Program-made: the position numbers and the translations under genes
Notes under the pieces: generated by a model
What the model was told of the DNA's origin: nothing
The model's input: the letters and a program-made list of their open reading frames with translations, nothing else
Database searches by the model: none
Source: Fibrobacter succinogenes subsp. succinogenes S85
GTDB taxonomy: Bacteria > Fibrobacterota > Fibrobacteria > Fibrobacterales > Fibrobacteraceae
Reading direction: 5' to 3'
Length of the DNA: 32,000 nt
Assembly (NCBI RefSeq): GCF_000146505.1
Contig: NC_017448.1
Coordinates: 840,001-872,000 of the forward strand
In this document: positions 23,073 through 30,680 of the stretch, piece after piece
Numbering within the stretch: the stretch's first letter is position 1
Layout of the letters: the number at the start of each line of letters is the position of its first letter

Positions 23073-24278
23073 CTATTTCTGCGGAGCAAGCGCCTTCACG
23101 GCTTCGGTCAATCGGTCAATCGCCTTGATGAGTTCATCCATCTTGGCATCGCTTACGCCACCGGCAATCGCGGCAGCAGTTGCATTTGCGGCAGTTTCAA
23201 CAGCCTTAGCCGTTGCTGCAGGAGTCGCGCTCACCGGGACTTTGCCAAACCAAATATCCGGCCAGCGGTCGTTGCCACTATTATACGTAATGCGAGTTGC
23301 AGTTTCAACCGGTTCGCCAATCTTCCAAATATAAAGCTCGTAGTCGAACAAATCGTGGTCGTGGCCCTTGTCTGTCGCACCCCACACAAGCCACTTGCCA
23401 TCCGGAGACAAACGCGGGAAGTATTCATGACTGCGGCGACCCGGCAAATCCATCAGCTTCACATTCTTCGGGATTCCAAAGAAGCCGACCTTTTCCACCT
23501 GCTTGCCATCCTTAGCAGTAAACCACAAAATTTCACTCGGAGCAGCCGTACCACCATTACCCGTGGGGTTCACGCGGTAGAGCTTAGTGCCGTCAAAATT
23601 CCAGTCAATCTGGCAACCGTCACCGGACTTTGTCCACACATTCTTCGTCAAGTCCCACACGCCCGTTTCGCGCATTGAACCGCGGAGTGTAATCGCGAGG
23701 TGCTTGCCATCCGGACTCATGTTCGGTTCCTGCAAAATCACGCCCGCCTTCTTGAAGACCTTTTCACCATCAAGCACGAGTGTTTCTTTTTTGCTCGCGA
23801 GGTCCATCGTAAAGACCTTGCCTGCACGGCTAAACACAATGGACTTGCCATCCGGGCGCCAAGTACCCCACGTGGCATTTTCAACAATCTTCGTCTCGTT
23901 CGTGCCATCAATGCCGACAGTCCACAAGTCCCACTTTTCCGGATAGTTGGCATCGTTTTCAGGAACCCAGCCGCCCTTGCTGCGGTTGAAGAGCACCTTG
24001 GATCCATCCGGGGCGATACGCGGGAACCAGTCCACATTATTGCTCTTGGTAAGCGCACGGGCATTCGTCCCGTCTGCGTTCATAATCCAAATGTCATGAT
24101 GCGGATTTGCACGGCTCGTCGCCCAGACAATAGCACCTTCGATTTTGCCCTTCAAGGCATCGAGAGCCTTCTGTTCTTCAGGAGTCGGGTCAACAGACGC
24201 GCCCATCGGAGCGCCCTGTGCAGCAAAAGCTGATGCGGCCAAAAAGCCAATTGCGGAAATCAATGCAAACTTTTTCAT
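23073..24278 (-). CDS. Secreted TolB-like beta-propeller protein (PD40/WD40-like repeats)
   Basis: ORF 23073..24329 trimmed to MKKFALISAIGFLAASAFAAQG. Repeated P.(I/L)SPDGK...F/W motifs (RIAPDGSKVLF, WRPDGKSIVF, MSPDGKHLA, LSPDGKWLVW) are typical of PD40 propeller blades. Ala-rich helical C-terminus. Confidence 0.7.
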   Translation of the reverse strand: MKKFALISAIGFLAASAFAAQGAPMGASVDPTPEEQKALDALKGKIEGAIVWATSRANPHHDIWIMNADGTNARALTKSNNVDWFPRIAPDGSKVLFNRSKGGWVPENDANYPEKWDLWTVGIDGTNETKIVENATWGTWRPDGKSIVFSRAGKVFTMDLASKKETLVLDGEKVFKKAGVILQEPNMSPDGKHLAITLRGSMRETGVWDLTKNVWTKSGDGCQIDWNFDGTKLYRVNPTGNGGTAAPSEILWFTAKDGKQVEKVGFFGIPKNVKLMDLPGRRSHEYFPRLSPDGKWLVWGATDKGHDHDLFDYELYIWKIGEPVETATRITYNSGNDRWPDIWFGKVPVSATPAATAKAVETAANATAAAIAGGVSDAKMDELIKAIDRLTEAVKALAPQK

Positions 24279-24488
24279 ATTCATATCAAAAAAGATAGTA
24301 ACACATAGAAAAAAAGTTAAAAAAAACATGTCTAACAGCGCTACAACGCACCATAAACCGCCCCATCCAGTTGTAAACGTCCTGTAAACGTACTAGAGAA
24401 CACAAAGGGAACATTTAAAACTTACGAAAATCTGTTTTTGGACACAAAAACGAAATGTCAATATAGATTTACAAACCGAGGAAAGATT

Positions 24489-24860
24489 ATGAAGTTACCC
24501 ATTTTTAGATGCTTACTGTTAGCAGGCATTCTTGCCGCCGCGTGGAACTGCTCCGAAAGTGCAGCGACTCAAGATTCCGCATCAAATAAAACTTCTAACC
24601 TTCAAATTCCGCAAAATCTAGTCGTTAGTGAACCCAGCTACTTCTACCAGCTCGGGACTACTTACTACATCATCGCCCCCAAGACGATGACCGTCAGCGA
24701 TGGTTCAGGCAACGTCATCGGGACGTTCAACACCTCTACTGGCGCCATCATGTCACTCTCCGGTGAAATCATCGCCATTAACTTGGACTTGAGCAAGCTC
24801 CCCATGGTTTCCCCGACGGTTCCTTCCAAGGACCTCATTGCCGTTGACCTGGACACCTAG
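24489..24860 (+). CDS. Small secreted protein or lipoprotein, hypothetical
   Basis: ORF 24438..24860 trimmed to MKLPIFRCLLLAGILAAAWNC with GAGGAAAG upstream. Signal peptide present. Lies 20 bp upstream of the methyltransferase gene. Confidence 0.55.
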   Translation: MKLPIFRCLLLAGILAAAWNCSESAATQDSASNKTSNLQIPQNLVVSEPSYFYQLGTTYYIIAPKTMTVSDGSGNVIGTFNTSTGAIMSLSGEIIAINLDLSKLPMVSPTVPSKDLIAVDLDT

Positions 24861-24880
24861 CAATTTTTATATTGCAGTCC

Positions 24881-26395
24881 ATGAGTGACGCTCTCGAAAA
24901 ACGCATCAAGAAACACATCATCGGAAAGCCACACCGCTTTTTAGCCGTGTCTCCGCTTGGTTTTGAACAAACTCTTTCGAGAGAATTAGAAATCATTTTA
25001 GGCGAAAGCGCAACGGAACAGCCACACGCCACTGGGGACGGCAAAGTCGAATTTACCACAAAACTCACTGAAGCGTGGAAAGTCGTCGCCGTAAGCCGCA
25101 CCGCCAACCGCGTGCTCATGGAAATCGCAAATTTCAAGGCCGAGAACTTCCGCGATCTCGAAAAGAAAGCCTCCGAAATCCCGTGGGAACTGTATTTTGA
25201 CAAGAAAACGGGCAACGCCCTACAGACGAGAGACGAGAGTATTATTCCTAGTAACTCAAAACTAGTAACTAGTAACTTACCACACATTCACGTTACTTGC
25301 AAGCATTCGCGACTGTACCATAGTGACGCCATCGCCGAAAGGTTATACAAAATAATAGAAGGGGTAAGCCTCCCCCTCGCTTCTGCCGACACGGCATCCG
25401 CTACCCCCTCTGCGGGGACACCCCGCAACGCCCCGGCGCAAAACGAGAATCGCAGCATTCAACAAAATCTCTACGTCAATTTCTTAGATGACCGTTGCAC
25501 CATTTGGCTAGACCTCGCCGGTGAAGAACTCTACAAACGCGGTTTTGAACGATTCGTGAACGACGCCCCGCTCAAAGAAACCATCGCCTCCGCGATGATC
25601 TTCGAAGCTTTCTATACAGCGTCCCTAACCACTAACCACCAACCACAAACCACTCTTATTGATCCCATGTCCGGCAGCGGCACATTCAGTCTTGAAGCCG
25701 CCTGCATTGCAAACAAAATCATTCCTGGCACCTGTCGCGATTTTGCACTCAAGCACCAGCCCGCTTTCAAAGAAGCCACGTGGAATTTTTTGATTAGACA
25801 AGAGACGAGAGACGACAAATGCGTAGGACGAGTGTCGCGACCATGCTTGCATGAGCATGACCGAGTCCAGCATTTGGGATTAGAGCGAAGCGATAATCCA
25901 AAGACGAACAGTGAAACAGCGGCAATCGCGAAAATCATCACAAGCGACATTTCCGAACGCGCGGTAAGCATCATCAAGCACAACATAGAATGTTGCCCGC
26001 TCGCAAGTATTTCTCCAGCCCCAATCGCACCGCAACAAAAAGATTTCTTCAGCTACACCGCAAAAGAAATTGTAGACGCCTGCGGTGACACCTCGCCCAT
26101 TCTCGTGCTAAACCCACCCTACGGCAAGCGCCTTGACTTTGACGCACCCAAGCTTTACACGCAAATAGGCAAAAAGCTAACGGAACTCGCCCGCGACTTA
26201 CACAATTTTGGCAAAACGCTCACAGTCGCCATCCTCGCCCCGAAAGACGACACCCGCAATGGAGCCAAGTACACCTGCACCGCAAACCTTTTGCGCGAAT
26301 GTGCCGCCTTGTCGCCAGAGCAATCCCCAACCGCGAAAGTCATCCAAACAAGCCACGGCGGCTTTAGCCTCAACGCCATCTTTGCAACAATCTAG
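24881..26395 (+). CDS. THUMP-domain class I SAM-dependent RNA methyltransferase (RlmL N-half / UPF0020-like) carrying in-frame repeat insertions
   Basis: The ORF track starts at the TTG at 24872; the ATG at 24881 gives MSDALEKR. Motif I is LIDPMSGSGTFSLEAA and motif IV is LVLNPPYGKRL. The upstream region resembles a THUMP module. About 500 aa, against roughly 380-400 aa that I recall for this family. Confidence 0.75.
   Translation: MSDALEKRIKKHIIGKPHRFLAVSPLGFEQTLSRELEIILGESATEQPHATGDGKVEFTTKLTEAWKVVAVSRTANRVLMEIANFKAENFRDLEKKASEIPWELYFDKKTGNALQTRDESIIPSNSKLVTSNLPHIHVTCKHSRLYHSDAIAERLYKIIEGVSLPLASADTASATPSAGTPRNAPAQNENRSIQQNLYVNFLDDRCTIWLDLAGEELYKRGFERFVNDAPLKETIASAMIFEAFYTASLTTNHQPQTTLIDPMSGSGTFSLEAACIANKIIPGTCRDFALKHQPAFKEATWNFLIRQETRDDKCVGRVSRPCLHEHDRVQHLGLERSDNPKTNSETAAIAKIITSDISERAVSIIKHNIECCPLASISPAPIAPQQKDFFSYTAKEIVDACGDTSPILVLNPPYGKRLDFDAPKLYTQIGKKLTELARDLHNFGKTLTVAILAPKDDTRNGAKYTCTANLLRECAALSPEQSPTAKVIQTSHGGFSLNAIFATI
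25224..25279 (+). repeat. Word-repeat block inside the methyltransferase ORF (GACGAGAG x2 + CTAGTAAC x3)
   Basis: AGACGAGAGACGAGAG resembles the reverse complement of the intergenic 4911..4931. CTAGTAACTCAAAACTAGTAACTAGTAACTTA matches the intergenic 23031..23055. Confidence 0.75.
25821..25871 (+). repeat. Degenerate copy R3 of the double-hairpin element, inside the methyltransferase ORF
   Basis: Colinear blocks are shared with R2: ACGAG(T/C)GTCGCGA, ATGCTTGCAT (hairpin core) and CATGACCGAGT. Translated in frame as ...GRVSRPCLHEHDRVQ... Confidence 0.65.
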
Positions 26396-26501
26396 GCGCA
26401 TTGCTTTTATCATCACAACAATTAATTTTCTAACTTATAACTGAAATTTATGGTGGCATATACAATGTCATCGGAATTATTAAAGACAAAAAAGGATCAT
26501 T

Positions 26502-28358
26502 ATGCCGAAACTTCGTTCGCTCAAGACTATGGAAGGCCGCGAAATGGCCGGAGCACGCGCCCTGTGGCACGCAACTGGAACTAAGGTGGAAGACTTTGGT
26601 AAGCCCGTCATTTGCGTGGTGAACAGCTACACCCAGTTTGTACCGGGTCATGTCCACCTCAAGGATGTCGGCCAGGTTGTCGCTCGTGCGATCGAAGCTG
26701 CCGGCGGTGTCGCTAAGGAAATGAACACCATCGCAGTCGATGACGGTATCGCCATGGGCCACGACGGCATGCTCTACAGCTTGCCGAGCCGCGACCTCAT
26801 TGCCGACTCCACCGAATACATGGCAAACGCTCACCGCGCAGACGCACTCGTCTGCATTTCTAACTGCGACAAGGTGACTCCGGGTATGCTCATGGCTGCC
26901 ATGCGCCTCAACATTCCGGCAATCTTCGTTTCTGGCGGCCCGATGGAAGCTGGCCACGTCACGACGAAGGACGGTAAGGACCGCGCTCTCGACTTGATCG
27001 ACGCCATGATCGATTCTGCAGACAACACCATCAGCGATGAAGAAGTTGCCGACATCGAAGCAAACGCTTGCCCGACTTGCGGTTCCTGCTCCGGCATGTT
27101 CACCGCAAACTCAATGAACTCCCTTACCGAAGCCCTCGGCCTTAGCTTGCCTGGCAACGGCACCATCGTTGCAACGCATGCCGAACGTAAGAAACTCTTC
27201 GAAGCTGCCGGTAAGCGCATCGTGGAACTCTGCCACCAGTATTACGATTTGAACGACGAAAGCATCCTCCCGCGCAGCATCGCCACGAAGGACGCCTTCG
27301 AAAACGCAATGCGCCTCGACATCGCCATGGGCGGTTCTTCTAACACAGTGCTTCACTTGCTCGCCGTCGCTCAGGAAGCTGGCGTGGACTTCACCATGAA
27401 GGACATTGACCGCCTCTCCCGCAACACGCCGTGCATCTGCAAGGTCGCTCCGACCGTCCACAACATCCACGTTGAAAACGTGAACCGCGCAGGCGGTATC
27501 ATGGGCATCATCGGTGAACTCGACCGCATGGGCCTCATCCACAAGAGCGCAAAGACTGTTCACGCCGCCACGATGGGCGACGCTCTCGAAGCAAACGACC
27601 TCAAGCGTAATCCGACTGCCGAAGCCAAGCAGCGCTACCTCGCAGGTCCGGGCCGCAAGTACAACATCGAAGCATTCTCTCAGAACTTCATGTACCCGGA
27701 TCACGACCTCGACCGTGCCAACGGTGCTATCCGCGATGGCGAACACGCTTACACCAAGGACGGCGGCCTCGCTGTTCTTTACGGTAACCTCGCTATCGAC
27801 GGCTGCATCGTGAAGACCGCAGGCGTTGACGAATCCATCTGGAAGTTCACCGGTCCGGCAATCGTATTCGAAAGCCAGGAAGAAGCCGTGAACGGCATTC
27901 TCGGCAACAAGGTGAAGGCTGGCGACGTCGTCGTCATCCGTTACGAAGGCCCGAAGGGTGGTCCTGGCATGCAGGAAATGCTCTACCCGACCTCTCACCT
28001 CAAGAGCCGTCACCTCGGCAAGTCCTGCGCCCTCCTCACCGACGGTCGCTTCTCCGGCGGTACGAGCGGTCTCTCCATTGGCCACGCTTCTCCGGAAGCC
28101 GCCAACAAGGGTAACATCGGCCTCGTGCACACAGGCGACGTCATCGAAATCGATATCCCAAACCGCACCATCAACGTGGAACTCACCGACGAAGAACTCG
28201 CCGCCCGCCGCAAGGAAATGGAATCCCGTGGCGCCAAGGCATGGAAGCCGGAAAACCGCGACCGCGTCGTGTCCAAGGCACTCCAGGCATACGCTGCCAT
28301 GGCTTCTTCTGCAGACAAGGGCGCTGTCAGAGACTTGTCTCTAATTGGAGTTAAATAA
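26502..28358 (+). CDS. ilvD: Dihydroxy-acid dehydratase
   Basis: 618 aa. Contains [67 protein letters not shown] and SADKGAVRD. Close to E. coli IlvD throughout. Confidence 0.98.
   Translation: MPKLRSLKTMEGREMAGARALWHATGTKVEDFGKPVICVVNSYTQFVPGHVHLKDVGQVVARAIEAAGGVAKEMNTIAVDDGIAMGHDGMLYSLPSRDLIADSTEYMANAHRADALVCISNCDKVTPGMLMAAMRLNIPAIFVSGGPMEAGHVTTKDGKDRALDLIDAMIDSADNTISDEEVADIEANACPTCGSCSGMFTANSMNSLTEALGLSLPGNGTIVATHAERKKLFEAAGKRIVELCHQYYDLNDESILPRSIATKDAFENAMRLDIAMGGSSNTVLHLLAVAQEAGVDFTMKDIDRLSRNTPCICKVAPTVHNIHVENVNRAGGIMGIIGELDRMGLIHKSAKTVHAATMGDALEANDLKRNPTAEAKQRYLAGPGRKYNIEAFSQNFMYPDHDLDRANGAIRDGEHAYTKDGGLAVLYGNLAIDGCIVKTAGVDESIWKFTGPAIVFESQEEAVNGILGNKVKAGDVVVIRYEGPKGGPGMQEMLYPTSHLKSRHLGKSCALLTDGRFSGGTSGLSIGHASPEAANKGNIGLVHTGDVIEIDIPNRTINVELTDEELAARRKEMESRGAKAWKPENRDRVVSKALQAYAAMASSADKGAVRDLSLIGVK
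28320..28358 (+). repeat. ilvD terminal 12 codons + stop, copy 1 (the one in frame and used)
   Basis: GGC GCT GTC AGA GAC TTG TCT CTA ATT GGA GTT AAA TAA. Confidence 0.9.
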
Positions 28359-28463
28359 GCAAATCCCTGTGAGCCGTAGGCGACTCGTATTAACGAGTCG
28401 TCGGAGGCGAGAGGCGGCGAGGTATCGCAGTGTAAATAGCAATCGAACCGCCGGTCGTCACAG

Positions 28464-28502
28464 GGTGCTGTCAGAGACTTGTCTCTGATTGGTGTGAAGT
28501 AA
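28464..28502 (+). repeat. ilvD terminal 12 codons + stop, copy 2 (downstream, 144 bp away, same frame)
   Basis: GGT GCT GTC AGA GAC TTG TCT CTG ATT GGT GTG AAG TAA. 34 of 39 positions are identical to copy 1, and all 5 differences are synonymous third positions. Confidence 0.9.
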
Positions 28503-28523
28503 TTAAAGGAATTCCCCGCATAC

Positions 28524-28554
28524 AAAAAACGGCACCGCACAGGTGCCGTTTTTT
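28524..28554. terminator. Bidirectional terminator between ilvD and the STAS gene
   Basis: AAAAAA-CGGCACC-GCACA-GGTGCCG-TTTTTT. It follows the second copy of the ilvD 3' end, not the annotated stop. Confidence 0.85.
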
Positions 28555-28578
28555 CATCCATACAAATTCTAAACCAAA

Positions 28579-28875
28579 CTACACGACAGTCAGAATGTCC
28601 GAGAATCCCGTCACCTCAAAAATTTCCTTGATTTCATCGCAGACATTCTTGATGGTCATCTTGCCCTGCTTGTTCATAATCTTCTGGGCAGAAAGCAAAA
28701 CGCGCAAGCCCGCCGAAGAAATATAAGACAACTTGGCAAAATCAAATTCCAGATCAGTTACACCGTCCAATTTTCCCTGAATCTCGGATTCGAGCAGCGG
28801 AGCCGTCATCGTATCCAAGCGTCCTTCCAAGGCAAAAGACGTGCTGGAACCATCCACATTTTTTTCAATTTTCAT
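28579..28875 (-). CDS. STAS-domain anti-sigma-factor antagonist (SpoIIAA/RsbV-like)
   Basis: 98 aa. LEGRLDTMTAPLLE...LEFDFAKLSYISSAGLRVLL contains the conserved phosphorylatable Ser context (ISSAGL). Confidence 0.85.
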   Translation of the reverse strand: MKIEKNVDGSSTSFALEGRLDTMTAPLLESEIQGKLDGVTDLEFDFAKLSYISSAGLRVLLSAQKIMNKQGKMTIKNVCDEIKEIFEVTGFSDILTVV

Positions 28876-28912
28876 TATCAGCCTCTCTTTGTATTTTTAA
28901 ATCTATAATAAA

Positions 28913-29338
28913 TTAACCCAGTTTTTTTACAACGGTTAAAACATTCTTCTCGCCATCACGTTTGTACTCAACGCCATCCATGATTTTTTTTACGAGGAAT
29001 ATTCCAAGCCCGCCAATTTCGCGATCTTCCGCCGGAAGTGAAACATCCGGATCCGTCTTTTTCAGCGGATCATAAGCCACTCCCTCGTCAATAAAAGTCA
29101 GCTTTGCAGTCAGCACATCCTCGTTCACATTCAAAATCAGCTTCATATTAGAAGATCCCGAATAGCGAACAACATTGCTGAACAGTTCGTCAATCGCAAC
29201 GCCAATCTGCATAATGGCCTTAGGCGACGGATTCAGCGGCTCCAGAGAGCTTTCAACAAAGTCCGTCAAAGTCTTGACATTTTCAAATTTTGAATCTACG
29301 ACGATTTCTTTAACCCAATTCTGCATAGTACCAGCCAA
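28913..29338 (-). CDS. Anti-sigma regulatory factor, HATPase_c Ser/Thr kinase (SpoIIAB/RsbW-like)
   Basis: 141 aa. N-box ELFSNVVRY, G1 box IDEGVAYDP and G2 box GGLGIFLVKK. Lies directly upstream of the STAS gene on the same strand. Confidence 0.85.
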   Translation of the reverse strand: MAGTMQNWVKEIVVDSKFENVKTLTDFVESSLEPLNPSPKAIMQIGVAIDELFSNVVRYSGSSNMKLILNVNEDVLTAKLTFIDEGVAYDPLKKTDPDVSLPAEDREIGGLGIFLVKKIMDGVEYKRDGEKNVLTVVKKLG

Positions 29339-29450
29339 AAGTTTCGTAAATCATACAATAATTATACATTTATCTCGCACAATTTGTCAATATTTCTGCA
29401 AAAAGCCCTAAAAAATGTGTTTAAAAGCAAACAATTCTATATTTTCCCGC

Positions 29451-29936
29451 ATGATAAACACAACCCTTTGCTACATCGAACAAGACGGCAAGTACCTGCT
29501 GCTCCACCGCATCAAAAAGAAAAACGACATCAACAAGGACAAGTGGATCGGCATTGGCGGAAAGTTCGAAGAATGGGAATCGCCCGAAGACTGCATCCAC
29601 CGCGAAGCACTCGAAGAAACAGGTCTCACGCTCATCCGCCCCAAGTATCGCGGCATCGTCACGTTCATCAGCGACGGCATGGACCAGACCGAATTCATGC
29701 ATCTCTTTACGGCAACCGAATTCACAGGCTCAATCAAGGACTGCGACGAGGGCGTACTGGAATGGGTGGACAAGCAAAAAGTGAAGGAACTTCCCCACTG
29801 GGATGGTGACTTGATATTCCTAGCACTCCTGGAACGCGGCGAACCATTCTTTTCGCTCAAGCTCACCTACAAAGGCAGTACCCTCACCGAAGCTTTGCTC
29901 AATGAAACACCCGTAACACTACAGGATTTTCTGTAG
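29451..29936 (+). CDS. NUDIX hydrolase (MutT/8-oxo-dGTPase-like)
   Basis: ORF 29415..29936 trimmed to MINTTLCYIEQDGKYLLL. Nudix box GIGGKFEEWESPEDCIHREALEETGL (G.5E.7REUxEExGU). Confidence 0.85.
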   Translation: MINTTLCYIEQDGKYLLLHRIKKKNDINKDKWIGIGGKFEEWESPEDCIHREALEETGLTLIRPKYRGIVTFISDGMDQTEFMHLFTATEFTGSIKDCDEGVLEWVDKQKVKELPHWDGDLIFLALLERGEPFFSLKLTYKGSTLTEALLNETPVTLQDFL

Positions 29937-30033
29937 TCATGTGATTTTCCGCAATTTTTTGATAAAAATTATTGGCAGGGCTTAACAAAACGCTTTAAAT
30001 TAAGCATATTTGTGATACTCCAAACCAACCCCA

Positions 30034-30081
30034 GACTCGGCAAGATGCGTACTCCTACGATATTGCCGAGTCGCTTTTTTT
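30034..30081 (+). terminator. Candidate terminator of the NUDIX gene
   Basis: GACTCGGCAA-N19-TTGCCGAGTC followed by GCTTTTTTT. Confidence 0.6.
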
Positions 30082-30095
30082 ATTACCCTTTTCTA

Positions 30096-30611
30096 TTACC
30101 ACTTTGCAAGGGCGTTCGAAACAATCAAGTCCTGGAGCTTTTCAACGGCACGCGTCTGGCCATGGCGGTCTTCGGTCTCGTTCGCTTGGACGTCATAGAC
30201 ACCATCCGCCGAGAGCGACTTGCTTTCGTAGATGATTCTTTCTTTTACGTTATCGTAAAATTTCACTTCAACGCGAATCGTCACGCGGTACGTTTCCACA
30301 TCGCTATTGCTGTTATAGTTTTCGGGCTTGTTCGAATAGCTTAACAAAGTAATTTCAAAGTCGGCATTGGCATCGCTATTTACAAGACGCACACCACCCG
30401 CATTGCGCTTGAACATATCAACGACTGCTGTATGGATGTTATTTGCAAGCACCGGATCCAAAGTTTTGTCCTCGACTTCATGGATATTGACCGTCTTGAT
30501 GTGGCTCGGGAGCGTACTTGCAGTAAAGCTATAGCAACCCGAAAAAAAGCTTACCACCATGGCAAGCATCAAGGCGACAAACAGGCGAGAAATAAACTTA
30601 TGGTAAAGCAT
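30096..30611 (-). CDS. LptE-like LPS-assembly lipoprotein (probable)
   Basis: ORF 30096..30650 trimmed to MLYHKFISRLFVALMLAMVVSFFSGC (lipobox). The pattern GCYSF...IKTVNIHEVEDKT...ADFEITLLSYSNKP...YRVTIRVEVKFYDN fits my recollection of non-proteobacterial LptE proteins. Confidence 0.55.
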   Translation of the reverse strand: MLYHKFISRLFVALMLAMVVSFFSGCYSFTASTLPSHIKTVNIHEVEDKTLDPVLANNIHTAVVDMFKRNAGGVRLVNSDANADFEITLLSYSNKPENYNSNSDVETYRVTIRVEVKFYDNVKERIIYESKSLSADGVYDVQANETEDRHGQTRAVEKLQDLIVSNALAKW

Positions 30612-30680
30612 AATCACAATGTAGAAAAACACCCCGCAGCGCAAAGCCACAGGGTGTTCAAAATTCTACAGAACTAAACC

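Noticed and set aside
27111-28130. 339-aa minus-strand ORF; likewise 9586..10557(-), 5001..5741(+), 5913..6449(+) and several 60-130-aa ORFs nested in core genes
   Set aside because: All are antisense or out-of-frame overlaps of confidently identified genes (ilvD, dapA, yebC and others). They lack start-site signals and recognisable domains.
28010-28561. 183-aa minus-strand ORF containing the peptide [11 protein letters not shown] twice
   Set aside because: The internal repeat is simply the antisense reading of the duplicated ilvD terminus. The ORF spans the ilvD 3' end, the insert and the terminator, which makes it implausible as a gene.
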